From: Actinomycetes bacterium
Lineage (GTDB): Bacteria; Actinomycetota; Actinomycetes; S36-B12
Assembly: GCA_014190275.1 (NCBI GenBank)
Contig: BJGE01000002.1
Span: 21,038-85,037 of the forward strand
Length of the DNA stretch: 64,000 nt
Reading direction: 5' to 3'
The notes under the pieces were generated by a model. The model was not told the DNA's origin. It made no database searches and saw only the letters and a list, made by a program, of their open reading frames with translations. Made by a program: the position numbers and the translations under genes. Each line of letters starts with the position of its first letter. Within the stretch, counting starts at the first letter, position 1. Of the stretch, positions 18,801-26,709 are shown one piece after another.

Positions 18801-18915
18801 GCAGGACAGACGTGCCGACTGCCACCGATACATCATGGCCATCGACGCTGACGGTGACTGTTTCGCTCCCCATTTTGGCCGGGGTGCCGTAATCATGCTC
18901 GCGTAAAATTGTCAT
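15868..18915 (-). CDS. fdsA: NAD-dependent formate dehydrogenase alpha subunit (molybdopterin, Cys type) with C-terminal FdsD-like extension
   Basis: The 1015-aa translation has N-terminal 2Fe-2S and 4Fe-4S motifs, the MopB active-site block DTCARVCHSPTGYG and the C-terminal CPEYKVTAVEV. An extra ~85 aa follow (LVRMVNEITSNN...HLKMFWAPQM) that resemble FdsD. Confidence 0.9.
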   Translation of the reverse strand: MTILREHDYGTPAKMGSETVTVSVDGHDVSVAVGTSVLRAASEAGIPIPKLCATDSLEPFGSCRLCLVEIDGKKGTPASCTTPCESGMVVHTTSPKLDRLRRGVMELYISDHPLDCLTCPANGDCELQDMAGVVGLRDVRYGYAGENHLDAPTDDSNPYFSFDESKCIVCSRCVRACSEVQGTFALTIEGRGFNSKVSPGGLNFLESECVSCGACVQACPTSTLQEKAVIELGTPTRTVLTTCAYCGVGCTFKAEMRGDELVRMVPYKDGGANEGHSCVKGRFAFGYTTHPDRVLKPMIREAITDPWREVPWEEAIGYAANKLKEIQAQYGIDSIGGITSSRCTNEDVYVVQKLVRAGFGNNNVDTCARVCHSPTGYGLKKTFGTSAGTQDFKSVEKSDVILVIGANPIDAHPVFGSRMKRRLRAGAKLIVVDPRTTDLVRSPHIKADYHLQLQPGTNVAVINALAHVILTEGLHDKAFIAARCDDEAFQAWEDFIKLPSNSPEAVATESGVPADTLRGAARLYAAGPNSAIYYGLGVTEHSQGSTMVIGMANLAMLTGSIGREGVGVNPLRGQNNVQGSCDMGSFPHEYSGYRHVSDDAVRQQFEALWGRELQSVPGLRIPNMLDAAVVGSFRGIYIQGEDIAQSDPNTSHVTNALASMDLVIVQDLFLNETSAYAHVFLPGTSFLEKDGTFTNAERRINRVRPIMASRTGKAEWEVTCDLAKALGYPMHYDDASQIMDEIAQVTPTFAGVSFAKLDELGSIQWPCNTEHPEGTPTMHVGEFTRGEGRFVETPYVPTPERSTRRYPLLLTTGRAVSQYNVGAQTRRTANVIWQSEDFLDIHESDAQLRGITDGSWVELASRVGKTKMHARISERVPPGVVYTTFHFPVSGANVVTTEYSDWATNCPEYKVTAVEVRPTLQAGGLASAEDLGLEELRVEVHEDAIATLVRMVNEITSNNTHLHQLAAIEAVATHLKMFWAPQMIQDLTSYAKDHPEDFQDVALVALGQLPTAMAN

Positions 18916-20444
18916 CGCTGGAAGTCCTCCGGGAATTGGCGGAGTGCACTCAGTACCGGCATCGGGGTCAAGCCGCCCATGGCACAGAGTGAACCATCAA
19001 TCATCAGGTCGCACAAGTCGTTGAGTAATTCCAGGTTCTCGTTTCGATCGACGTTATTGATGATCTTGTCGATGACTTCGGTCCCGCGCACCGAGCCCAC
19101 GCGACACGGCGTGCACTTGCCGCAGGACTCCTTCGAGCAGAATTCCATGGCAAAGCGCGCCTGTTGGGCCATATCGACCGAGTCATCGAAGACAACAATC
19201 CCACCGTGCCCCAGCATGCCGCCGGCGGCGAGCAGCGCTTCGTAATCCATCGCCACATCCAGTGCACTGGCCGGGAAATAGGCACCCAGGGGCCCGCCCA
19301 CCTGAACGGATCGAACGGGTCGACCGGAGCGGGTACCACCCCCATACGTCTCAACCAACTCCTTGAGGCTGATCCCGAAGGCGCGCTCCACGATCCCACC
19401 CCGAGCGATATTGCCGGCAAGTTGGAATACCTGGGTACCGCGGGAGCGGTCAGCGCCAAGGGCTTGATAGGCGGCGGCGCCCTGGGCCAAGATCATCGGC
19501 ACGGTACCCAAGGTCAAGACATTGTTGACGATGGTGGGCTCACCGAAAAGCCCGTGCAGGGCCGGAATCGGCGGCTTGGCGCGCACCATTCCGCGTTTGC
19601 CCTCAAGGCTTTCGAGCATCGCGGTTTCCTCACCGCAGACGTACGAGCCGGCGCCGACCCGCACGGAGATGTCGAAAGCCTTACCGCTACCGAGTACATC
19701 GTCACCGAGTAGGCCGCATCCCCTGGCGATCAGCAAGGCGGCTCGCATGGTGGCAATTGCATCCGGGTACTCGGACCTGATGTAGATCAAGCCCTTGGTT
19801 GCCCCGCCCGCGATGCCGGCGATGGCCATGCCTTCGATGAGGGTGAATGGATCACCTTCCATCAGCATTCGATCGGCGAAGGTGCCGCTGTCGCCTTCAT
19901 CGGCATTGCAGCAAACATACTTTTGCCCCGACTCGGCCTCCAGCACCGTGCGCCATTTAATGCCAGCGGGGAACCCTGCGCCACCTCGGCCACGCAACCC
20001 GGAGGCTAGTACTTCCTCGACTGTTTTCGAAGGTCCAAGTGCAATGGCTGTTCGCAAGCCGGTGAGGCCACCGTGGGCTTCGTAGTCGTTGATGTCTAGT
20101 GGGTCGATAACACCAACGCGCGCGAAGGTCACTCGCTGCTGATCGGCTAGCCACGGGATATCCTCAACAATGCCAACGGAAAAACCGTTATCAGCACCGG
20201 TTAAGAAATCCGAATCGAAAAGTGCAGCAACATCGGCGGCGGTCACTGGGCCATAACCGACCCGGCCTTCAACCGTCTCGACTTCAACCAGTGGTTCTAA
20301 CCAGAGCAGTCCCCGTGAACCGTTGCGCACCAACCGAATATCAATATCTCGCCGCCTCGCCTCGGCGGTAATCGCAAGGGCAACGGCAGTCGCACCGACC
20401 GAAGTCGCGGCGCTGTCGATAGGCACATAGACGGTGTTTGTCAT
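18912..20444 (-). CDS. fdsB: formate dehydrogenase beta subunit (NuoF-like, FMN/NAD-binding, 4Fe-4S)
   Basis: It has a GLRGRGGAGFPAGIKW FMN/NAD site and a C-terminal ESCGKCTPCR cluster motif. Start and stop overlap both neighbours by 4 nt. Confidence 0.85.
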   Translation of the reverse strand: MTNTVYVPIDSAATSVGATAVALAITAEARRRDIDIRLVRNGSRGLLWLEPLVEVETVEGRVGYGPVTAADVAALFDSDFLTGADNGFSVGIVEDIPWLADQQRVTFARVGVIDPLDINDYEAHGGLTGLRTAIALGPSKTVEEVLASGLRGRGGAGFPAGIKWRTVLEAESGQKYVCCNADEGDSGTFADRMLMEGDPFTLIEGMAIAGIAGGATKGLIYIRSEYPDAIATMRAALLIARGCGLLGDDVLGSGKAFDISVRVGAGSYVCGEETAMLESLEGKRGMVRAKPPIPALHGLFGEPTIVNNVLTLGTVPMILAQGAAAYQALGADRSRGTQVFQLAGNIARGGIVERAFGISLKELVETYGGGTRSGRPVRSVQVGGPLGAYFPASALDVAMDYEALLAAGGMLGHGGIVVFDDSVDMAQQARFAMEFCSKESCGKCTPCRVGSVRGTEVIDKIINNVDRNENLELLNDLCDLMIDGSLCAMGGLTPMPVLSALRQFPEDFQR

Positions 20445-20929
20445 AGTGCCACCCGCGCATCGGAAAGGGCAGCCTCAAGAGTATTCGGTGTAAGCCGCCC
20501 AACTAGCCGCTCATTGATGAGCGCGGCTGGGCCGAGTGCGCAGTTACCGAGGCAGAAGACCTCGACCACATCCACTTGGTCGTCGGTGGATCTGCCGCCT
20601 ACCGGGGCGAGGTTCGCACTCACGTGGACAATCAACTCACGTGCTCCCGCGGCTTGGCAGGCCTCAGCAACGCAGATCGCGACAATTATTGGGGCGGAGG
20701 CCGTAGTGCGCAGCTCGTGGTAGTAGGTGAGCACCCCGTGGACGTCAGCCACCGAAACATTAAGTGCCACCGCGATTTGGGCCACCGCCTCCTTGGGCAC
20801 GTAGCCGAAACCCTGCTGCACCGCCTGCAGTGCGGGGAGGATAAGGCGTTCGTCGTAGGGGAGGAGCTTAAGCAACTCTTGGCCGTCCGCCTGCGTCCAC
20901 GGTCTTACTCGGTGCGCCACTGATGCCAT
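20441..20929 (-). CDS. fdsG: formate dehydrogenase gamma subunit (NuoE-like 2Fe-2S)
   Basis: The 162-aa translation has NuoE-type cysteines (ICVAEACQAAG...FCLGNCALGPA). It is the first gene of the minus-strand operon. Confidence 0.8.
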   Translation of the reverse strand: MASVAHRVRPWTQADGQELLKLLPYDERLILPALQAVQQGFGYVPKEAVAQIAVALNVSVADVHGVLTYYHELRTTASAPIIVAICVAEACQAAGARELIVHVSANLAPVGGRSTDDQVDVVEVFCLGNCALGPAALINERLVGRLTPNTLEAALSDARVAL

Positions 20930-21061
20930 CCTTTCGCCCGGAGCAGGTGCCGCCTTGCTACCTGATGATAGGGGATCAAAAAATTAGTATAACCAATTTC
21001 ACCATTCGGGTTGACGTGGGGGGTTTCCGAGAGGACAGTGCCGAACAAGGCGAATCGACGC

Positions 21062-21097
21062 GCACGCTGCCCGCTAATAGGGGGGTTAGCAGCGTGC
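21062..21097 (+). promoter_or_regulatory. GC-rich hairpin in the amiS 5' leader
   Basis: GCACGCTGC (21062-21070) pairs perfectly with GCAGCGTGC (21089-21097). The hairpin lies 5 nt upstream of the GAAAGGTGG ribosome-binding site. No U-tract follows it. Confidence 0.3.
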
Positions 21098-21115
21098 ATA
21101 TGAAAGGTGGCGCAT

Positions 21116-21715
21116 ATGGGCGCAGTTGGATTGCTGTATGTCGGTGCAGTTCTCTTCCTAAATGGGACGATGTTGCTCGGCTGGATTGACAGTAAGTCTG
21201 CAGCACCGCTTAATATTTTTGTGGGAATTCTGCAGGTGATTACACCGACGTATTTAATCATAAATGCAAATGGTGACATGACGACTATTCTGGGAGCCTC
21301 TGGACTTTATTTGTTCGGGTTCACATATTTGTACGTGGCTTTTAATCTCTTTTTCAACCTGGATGGCACTGGTTTGGGAATGTTTTCACTGTACGTCGCT
21401 ATCGCGGCGGTGTTTTTCTCCTTAGTGTCCTTCAATGCGGGTGACCCAGTTTTCGGGGTCATCTGGCTGTACTGGGCATTCCTGTGGTTGCTGTTCTATC
21501 TATTGCTCGCACTTAAGCGAGACAACTTAGGAAGATACACGGGTGGAGTGGCTGTCGTTCAGGGTTTTGTGACGGGCTTTGTCCCGTCATTCTTGCTCTT
21601 GACCGGACGCATTGCGGACATTGAGTCTGGGACGCTAGCCATAGTCCTGGCCGTGGTTGGAGTTGTTCTCTTTGCTGGTCTCTACGTGAAGTTGAAGGCA
21701 CCTGTAGCTGCTTGA
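21116..21715 (+). CDS. amiS: AmiS/UreI family amide/urea channel
   Basis: This is a six-TM protein beginning MGAVGLLYVGAVLFLNGTMLLG, which is characteristic of AmiS/UreI. The ATG at 21116 is preferred over the GTG at 21107 because of RBS spacing. Confidence 0.8.
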   Translation: MGAVGLLYVGAVLFLNGTMLLGWIDSKSAAPLNIFVGILQVITPTYLIINANGDMTTILGASGLYLFGFTYLYVAFNLFFNLDGTGLGMFSLYVAIAAVFFSLVSFNAGDPVFGVIWLYWAFLWLLFYLLLALKRDNLGRYTGGVAVVQGFVTGFVPSFLLLTGRIADIESGTLAIVLAVVGVVLFAGLYVKLKAPVAA

Positions 21716-21767
21716 CCAGTTTGACAAATGTTTATTGGTAATTCCCCATCAATTATTTGGAGTGCTA

Positions 21768-23096
21768 ATGCCAAAGAATTTATTTCCGCTAGATAACAAG
21801 AAGTCATTCACAAATCAAAAGCATGTCGGCCACAACCGCTGGCATCCAGATATCCCGCACAATGTCACGGTGAAACCGGGTGACAGTTTTCACGCCGATT
21901 GTCGTGAGTGGTTCGACGGTGCCATCCGAAACAATGATTCAGCGGACGATGTTCGTGATGCGCCACTCGCTGGCGTGCACGTACTCTCCGGCCCGTTTCG
22001 GATTGAAGGTGCCAAGCCAGGTGACCTACTCGTGGTCGACATCCTCGACGGTGGCCCCTGTGGCGACCCAGATGGTGATCGCCTCACCGAAAACCGCGAT
22101 GGCATCTCCGGCGAAGGCTGGGGCTACACCGGTGTTTTCCCACTGGAGAATGGCGGCGGCTTCCTCGTCGATCAGTTCCCCGATGCCTACAAGGCGATTT
22201 GGGATTTCAATGGTGGCAAGGCGACGTCACGCCATATCCCCGGAGTTTCGTACACCGGTATTTTCCACCCCGGACTCATGGGCACCGCCCCTTCGGCGGA
22301 GTTGCTAGCCAAGTGGACCAAGCGGGAGAAGGCGCTTATCGCGACCAACCCGACCCGGGTACCACCCCTTGCGCTGCCACCGAACCCTGATAGTGCGATC
22401 TTGGGCAAGCTCAAGGGTGCGGATTACGATCGGGTGGCCGGTGAGGCTGCACGTACTGCACCACCACGCGAAAACGGTGGCAACCAGGACATCAAGAACT
22501 TCACCAAGGGCACCCGGGTCTTCTACCCGGTGTTTGTTGATGGAGCGAATTTGTCCTTCGGTGACCTCCACTTCTCACAGGGCGACGGTGAAATCACTTT
22601 CTGCGGCGCCATTGAGATGGGTGGGTTCTTGGACCTCGGTGTTGACGTCATCAAGGGTGGTATGGAGAAGTACGGTGTCTCCGAGAATGCCATCTTCATG
22701 CCGGGCAACACCGATCCGCAGTACAGCGAATGGCTAGCCTTCTCGGGCACTTCGGTGACACTAGATGGCGAGCAGAAGTACTTGGATTCGTTCCTGGCGT
22801 ACCAGCGGGCGAACCTGCATGCAATCGACTACCTGATGAAGTTCGGGTATACCGCTATCCAGGCCTACATGATCTTGGGTACGGCACCTGTCGAAGGTCG
22901 CCTTTCGGGCGTCGTTGACATCCCGAATGCTTGCTCGACGGTTTACATCCCGCGGGCAATCTTCGACATGGACGTCGCGCCGAGTGCAAGTGGTCCGACC
23001 CAGGTCAAGGGCAGCGTTGCATCAGGTGGCATGGATGTGCCGATGTCACGTTGGGCAGATCACGTCGAAGGCAAGTGGGCTCCGTACCCCTGGTAA
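21768..23096 (+). CDS. fmdA: formamidase (acetamidase/formamidase family)
   Basis: From the ATG at 21768 the translation MPKNLFPLDNKKSFTNQKHVGHNRWHPDIP...NGGNQDIKN...DLHFSQGDGEITFCGAIEM matches FmdA-type enzymes. A GGAG lies 5 nt upstream. Confidence 0.85.
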   Translation: MPKNLFPLDNKKSFTNQKHVGHNRWHPDIPHNVTVKPGDSFHADCREWFDGAIRNNDSADDVRDAPLAGVHVLSGPFRIEGAKPGDLLVVDILDGGPCGDPDGDRLTENRDGISGEGWGYTGVFPLENGGGFLVDQFPDAYKAIWDFNGGKATSRHIPGVSYTGIFHPGLMGTAPSAELLAKWTKREKALIATNPTRVPPLALPPNPDSAILGKLKGADYDRVAGEAARTAPPRENGGNQDIKNFTKGTRVFYPVFVDGANLSFGDLHFSQGDGEITFCGAIEMGGFLDLGVDVIKGGMEKYGVSENAIFMPGNTDPQYSEWLAFSGTSVTLDGEQKYLDSFLAYQRANLHAIDYLMKFGYTAIQAYMILGTAPVEGRLSGVVDIPNACSTVYIPRAIFDMDVAPSASGPTQVKGSVASGGMDVPMSRWADHVEGKWAPYPW

Positions 23097-23105
23097 CCCG
23101 CATTA

Positions 23106-23149
23106 ATGAAAAAGTGCGGGCTCCCGAAAAGGGGGCCCGCACTTTTCAT
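23106..23149. terminator. bidirectional rho-independent terminator between convergent fmdA and fmdB-like genes
   Basis: ATGAAAAAGTGCGGGC and GCCCGCACTTTTCAT form a stem of at least 12 bp, extendable to about 20 bp around a GAAAA loop. An A-run lies on the left and a T-run on the right. Confidence 0.6.
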
Positions 23150-23151
23150 GT

Positions 23152-23442
23152 TTAGGGTCTGGGAAGTTTCTGCAGGAGTGGATTATTAGGGGCCATCGGC
23201 TGGGTCTTGCGCCGACCGTCATTGGGTATTGAAGTAACTACTTCTGGACGGTCACTGGTCGCCTTGGTCGAGTCGATCAGTTTCATCCGCTTTTGATCAA
23301 CTGCAGAGACAAGTGGCATCGAGAAAACTCGCTGTGCTGGCTGCTCGCAGACCGGGCATTCTATGCTCTCCGTGGCCTCGCCCATGGGCCGGTTCACGTC
23401 GGTAGGGCCGTCAATAACACAGTTGTACTGGTACGTAACCAT
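23152..23442 (-). CDS. FmdB-family zinc-ribbon protein (putative regulator), degenerate first knuckle
   Basis: MVTYQYNCVIDG...IECPVCEQPAQRVF follows the FmdB pattern (xTYxYxC...CPxC). The second Cys of the first CxxC pair is absent. Confidence 0.6.
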   Translation of the reverse strand: MVTYQYNCVIDGPTDVNRPMGEATESIECPVCEQPAQRVFSMPLVSAVDQKRMKLIDSTKATSDRPEVVTSIPNDGRRKTQPMAPNNPLLQKLPRP

Positions 23443-23568
23443 TGGAATTACTCCTTATCGCCTCGTGAAATCTCTGGGATCAAGAAATCACCTAGGACGA
23501 TTGTTGGGGCAATAGCCATTCCCGTCAATCGATTTGCCCTACTTGGTCGCGGTGACGCCAAATTGCTC

Positions 23569-24114
23569 CTAGGGCCGGACGGATTTAACGGCTGCGCCAA
23601 CCGCTGCGAAATCGCGCATCGATTGGTCCAACAAGAGCTTGGCCTGCAGGCCTTCAAAGAGTGAAAGCTTGGACCGCAGCAAGGGCTGCATCTCGGCTAG
23701 GGCAGCGGCGGTTGACGCACTTGCGGTGTCAAAGGCGCGGCTGGCCGCATCGGCGGCCTGCTGGACGCGGGTGTCAATGGCTCCAGAGCGTGCCAGGGCG
23801 CGGGTGGTGCGGGTCTTGGCTTCTAGTTGAGCCAAGGTCAGATCGGCCTTGGCTATTAAGGCCTCGGCGCGCTCATTTTGCTCGGCGGTGAGCCGGTCAC
23901 CGTAGTTGGTGAGGAACCCACTTAGGTCCTGGCGGGACTGGGCTCGAAAGCCGCTAACTGCCCGGTGGGCGGCATTGGCCGAAGCCACGCCAGCAGCACT
24001 CGTAGCCGAAGAAATGGCGGCCACCGGTGCTAGCGGAACAGCGGTTGCAGGTGCCACCGCGGCCAGGAGGAGGGCGCCGAGGAGTGCTGCAAAGCTGAGC
24101 TGGAGTCGGCGCAT
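23569..24114 (-). CDS. secreted alpha-helical protein of unknown function
   Basis: From the ATG at 24114 it has the signal peptide MRRLQLSFAALLGALLLAAVAPATA, followed by Ala/Gln/Arg-rich helical sequence. I recognise no family. Confidence 0.45.
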   Translation of the reverse strand: MRRLQLSFAALLGALLLAAVAPATAVPLAPVAAISSATSAAGVASANAAHRAVSGFRAQSRQDLSGFLTNYGDRLTAEQNERAEALIAKADLTLAQLEAKTRTTRALARSGAIDTRVQQAADAASRAFDTASASTAAALAEMQPLLRSKLSLFEGLQAKLLLDQSMRDFAAVGAAVKSVRP

Positions 24115-24181
24115 GTGGCTTGGACGCGCCGGTGGGGTCGAATGTTCCGGGAATAAGCCCGCTGAGCCAGTGGTTATCAAC

Positions 24182-24212
24182 TATGAGTTGACCTGGCTCA
24201 AAGTATGTGAGT
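24182..24212. promoter_or_regulatory. HAIR-like (HspR operator) inverted repeats upstream of dnaK
   Basis: TGAGT (24184), then 8 nt, CTCAA (24197), then 6 nt, TGAGT (24208). Compare the HAIR consensus CTTGAGT-N7-ACTCAAG. The match is imperfect. A TTGACC -35-like box lies at 24188. Confidence 0.35.
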
Positions 24213-24299
24213 ACCAATTTGCATATTAAGTGGGTTGGGTGGACACTTAGGGCAGACCCCCGGATCAACCGGTAGCAACTAAAAAGGAGTACGGACATC

Positions 24300-26135
24300 A
24301 TGGCCCGAGCAGTAGGTATCGACCTTGGTACGACCAACTCGGTCGTATCGGTCCTCGAAGGCGGCGAACCCGTCGTTATTGCAAACGCGGAAGGTTCCCG
24401 GACGACCCCGTCCGTGGTGGCTTTTGCCAAGAATGGTGAAGTGCTGGTCGGCGAGGTCGCCAAGCGCCAGGCCGTCACCAATATTGATCGCACGGTGCGC
24501 TCGGTCAAGCGACACATGGGCACCAAATGGACCGTCGACATCGACGGCAAGAACTACACCCCCCAGGAGATCAGCGCCCGCACCCTGATGAAACTCAAGC
24601 GCGACGCGGAGGCCTATCTCGGCGAGAACGTCACCGACGCGGTTATCACCGTGCCTGCCTACTTCTCCGACGCCGAGCGCCAAGCCACCAAAGAAGCTGG
24701 CGAGATCGCCGGCCTCAATGTGCTTCGGATTATCAACGAGCCGACAGCGGCGGCGCTGGCTTATGGCCTCGACAAGGGTGATAAAGAGCAAACCATCTTG
24801 GTTTTCGACCTCGGCGGCGGCACCTTCGACGTCTCACTCCTTGAAATCGGCGACGGTGTTGTCGAGGTTAAAGCAACAAGTGGCGATAACCATCTAGGCG
24901 GCGATGACTGGGACAACAAAGTTGTCGACTGGATGGTCACCGAGTTCAAGAATGCACACGGTGTCGATCTTTCGAAAGACAAGATGGCGATGCAGCGGCT
25001 GCGCGAGGCAGCAGAGAAAGCCAAGATCGAGCTGTCGAGTTCGATGCAGACCTCCATCAACCTGCCATACATCACGGCGAGCGCTGATGGCCCTCTACAC
25101 CTTGACGAGACTTTGAGCCGGGCGCAGTTTGAGTCGATGACCCAAGACCTACTCGATCGCACCAAGGCGCCATTCCAGGCGGTCTTGAAGGATGCGGGAA
25201 TCGCACTCGACAAGATCGACCAGGTCGTGCTCGTCGGCGGATCAACTCGCATGCCAGCCGTTACTGAATTGGTCAAGAAGGAAGCCGGCAAGGAGCCGAA
25301 CAAGGGTGTTAACCCAGATGAGGTCGTCGCCGTTGGCGCGGCCCTGCAGGCGGGTGTGCTGAAGGGTGAAGTCAAGGACGTTCTGCTGCTCGATGTGACC
25401 CCGCTATCGCTGGGCATCGAGACCAAGGGCGGTGTCATGACCAGACTAATCGAACGCAACACCACCATCCCGACGAAGCGCTCTGAAACCTTCACCACGG
25501 CGGACGACAACCAGCCTTCGGTACTGATTCAGGTCTACCAGGGTGAGCGTGAAATGGCCGCGTACAACAAGCGACTTGGCACCTTCGAGCTGACTGGCTT
25601 ACCGCCGGCACCGCGGGGCGTCCCGCAGGTTGAAGTCACCTTCGATATCGATGCGAACGGGATTGTCCATGTGTCGGCTAAAGACATGGCGACCGGTAAA
25701 GAGCAGTCCATGACAATCTCGGGAGGCTCGGCGCTGGGCAAGGACGAAATCGATCGCATGATGCGGGAGGCCGAGCAGCACGCTGATGAAGACAAGCAGC
25801 GTCGCGATGAGGTCGAGGTCCGAAACACCGCCGAAGGGCTGGTCTATCAAACCGAGAAGTTCCTTGCGGATAACGCCGACAAGGTACCGGCGGATGCCAA
25901 GGCGAATGTTGAGGGCCCACTCGATGAGCTGAAGAAGGCCATTGAAGCCAATGACATCCCAGGAATGCGCGCGGCAACCGACAAGGTTGCCCAAACCAGC
26001 CAGACCCTGGGCGCAGCGATGTACGCGACAGCGCAAGCAGCCGGTGGCTCGGAAGGAGCAGCGGAGGCCGAGGCCGAGATGGCCGAGGACGATGTTGTCG
26101 ATGCCGAAATCATTGACGAGGAAGAAGCCAAGTGA
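24300..26135 (+). CDS. dnaK: molecular chaperone DnaK (Hsp70)
   Basis: The 611-aa translation is canonical: [17 protein letters not shown], the EEVD-like acidic tail. Confidence 0.97.
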   Translation: MARAVGIDLGTTNSVVSVLEGGEPVVIANAEGSRTTPSVVAFAKNGEVLVGEVAKRQAVTNIDRTVRSVKRHMGTKWTVDIDGKNYTPQEISARTLMKLKRDAEAYLGENVTDAVITVPAYFSDAERQATKEAGEIAGLNVLRIINEPTAAALAYGLDKGDKEQTILVFDLGGGTFDVSLLEIGDGVVEVKATSGDNHLGGDDWDNKVVDWMVTEFKNAHGVDLSKDKMAMQRLREAAEKAKIELSSSMQTSINLPYITASADGPLHLDETLSRAQFESMTQDLLDRTKAPFQAVLKDAGIALDKIDQVVLVGGSTRMPAVTELVKKEAGKEPNKGVNPDEVVAVGAALQAGVLKGEVKDVLLLDVTPLSLGIETKGGVMTRLIERNTTIPTKRSETFTTADDNQPSVLIQVYQGEREMAAYNKRLGTFELTGLPPAPRGVPQVEVTFDIDANGIVHVSAKDMATGKEQSMTISGGSALGKDEIDRMMREAEQHADEDKQRRDEVEVRNTAEGLVYQTEKFLADNADKVPADAKANVEGPLDELKKAIEANDIPGMRAATDKVAQTSQTLGAAMYATAQAAGGSEGAAEAEAEMAEDDVVDAEIIDEEEAK

Positions 26136-26707
26136 GTTCTGAATATCAGAACGAGAATGAGGAGCAAGGTGTTCGGGTAACCGACAAGCGTCGGATTGAT
26201 CCGAATACCTATGCCCTACGTGATGTTGATGTGCAACCGGAGTCAGTGGAGGTGCGCCAGCAAGACGATGCTGGCGCACCCGCCACCGCTGAAGTAGACA
26301 AGTTGGCCGAACTAACGAATGACCTGCAACGGGTACAGGCGGAGTACGCAAACTACCGGCGTCGGGTGGATCGCGACCGTGAACTCGTCAAGGAGAATGC
26401 AATCGGCTCGGTGATTGCAGCGCTGCTACCAATAACCGATGACATCGATAGAGCGCGCGAGCACGGGGAACTAGAGGGCGCCTTCCGCAGTGTCGGCGAG
26501 GCGCTCGAGGCCGCGTTGGCGAGGTTGGGCTTGGAGAAATTCGGCGAGGCCAATGAACCCTTCGATCCGAATCTGCACGAGGCACTGTCGACTGAATCCC
26601 GTGCGGATATCTCTGAGCCAACGGTGACAGCTTTGTATCAGCCGGGCTATCGCTATGCGGGGCGTGTGTTGCGTCCGGCCCGAGTTGCTGTTGCGGGGAC
26701 CGACTAA
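26132..26707 (+). CDS. grpE: nucleotide exchange factor GrpE
   Basis: The GTG start overlaps the dnaK stop. It contains the AEYANYRRR motif and a GrpE C-terminal beta domain. Confidence 0.9.
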   Translation: MSSEYQNENEEQGVRVTDKRRIDPNTYALRDVDVQPESVEVRQQDDAGAPATAEVDKLAELTNDLQRVQAEYANYRRRVDRDRELVKENAIGSVIAALLPITDDIDRAREHGELEGAFRSVGEALEAALARLGLEKFGEANEPFDPNLHEALSTESRADISEPTVTALYQPGYRYAGRVLRPARVAVAGTD

Positions 26708-26709
26708 CT

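Noticed and set aside
24279-26351. Three long ORFs (170, 249 and 250 aa) lie antisense to dnaK.
   Set aside because: They lie entirely within the unambiguous dnaK coding region. Their translations are Arg/Ser/Pro-rich low-complexity sequences with no motifs. This is typical of stop-codon-poor shadow frames in high-GC DNA, and long antisense frames in hsp70 genes are a known artefact.
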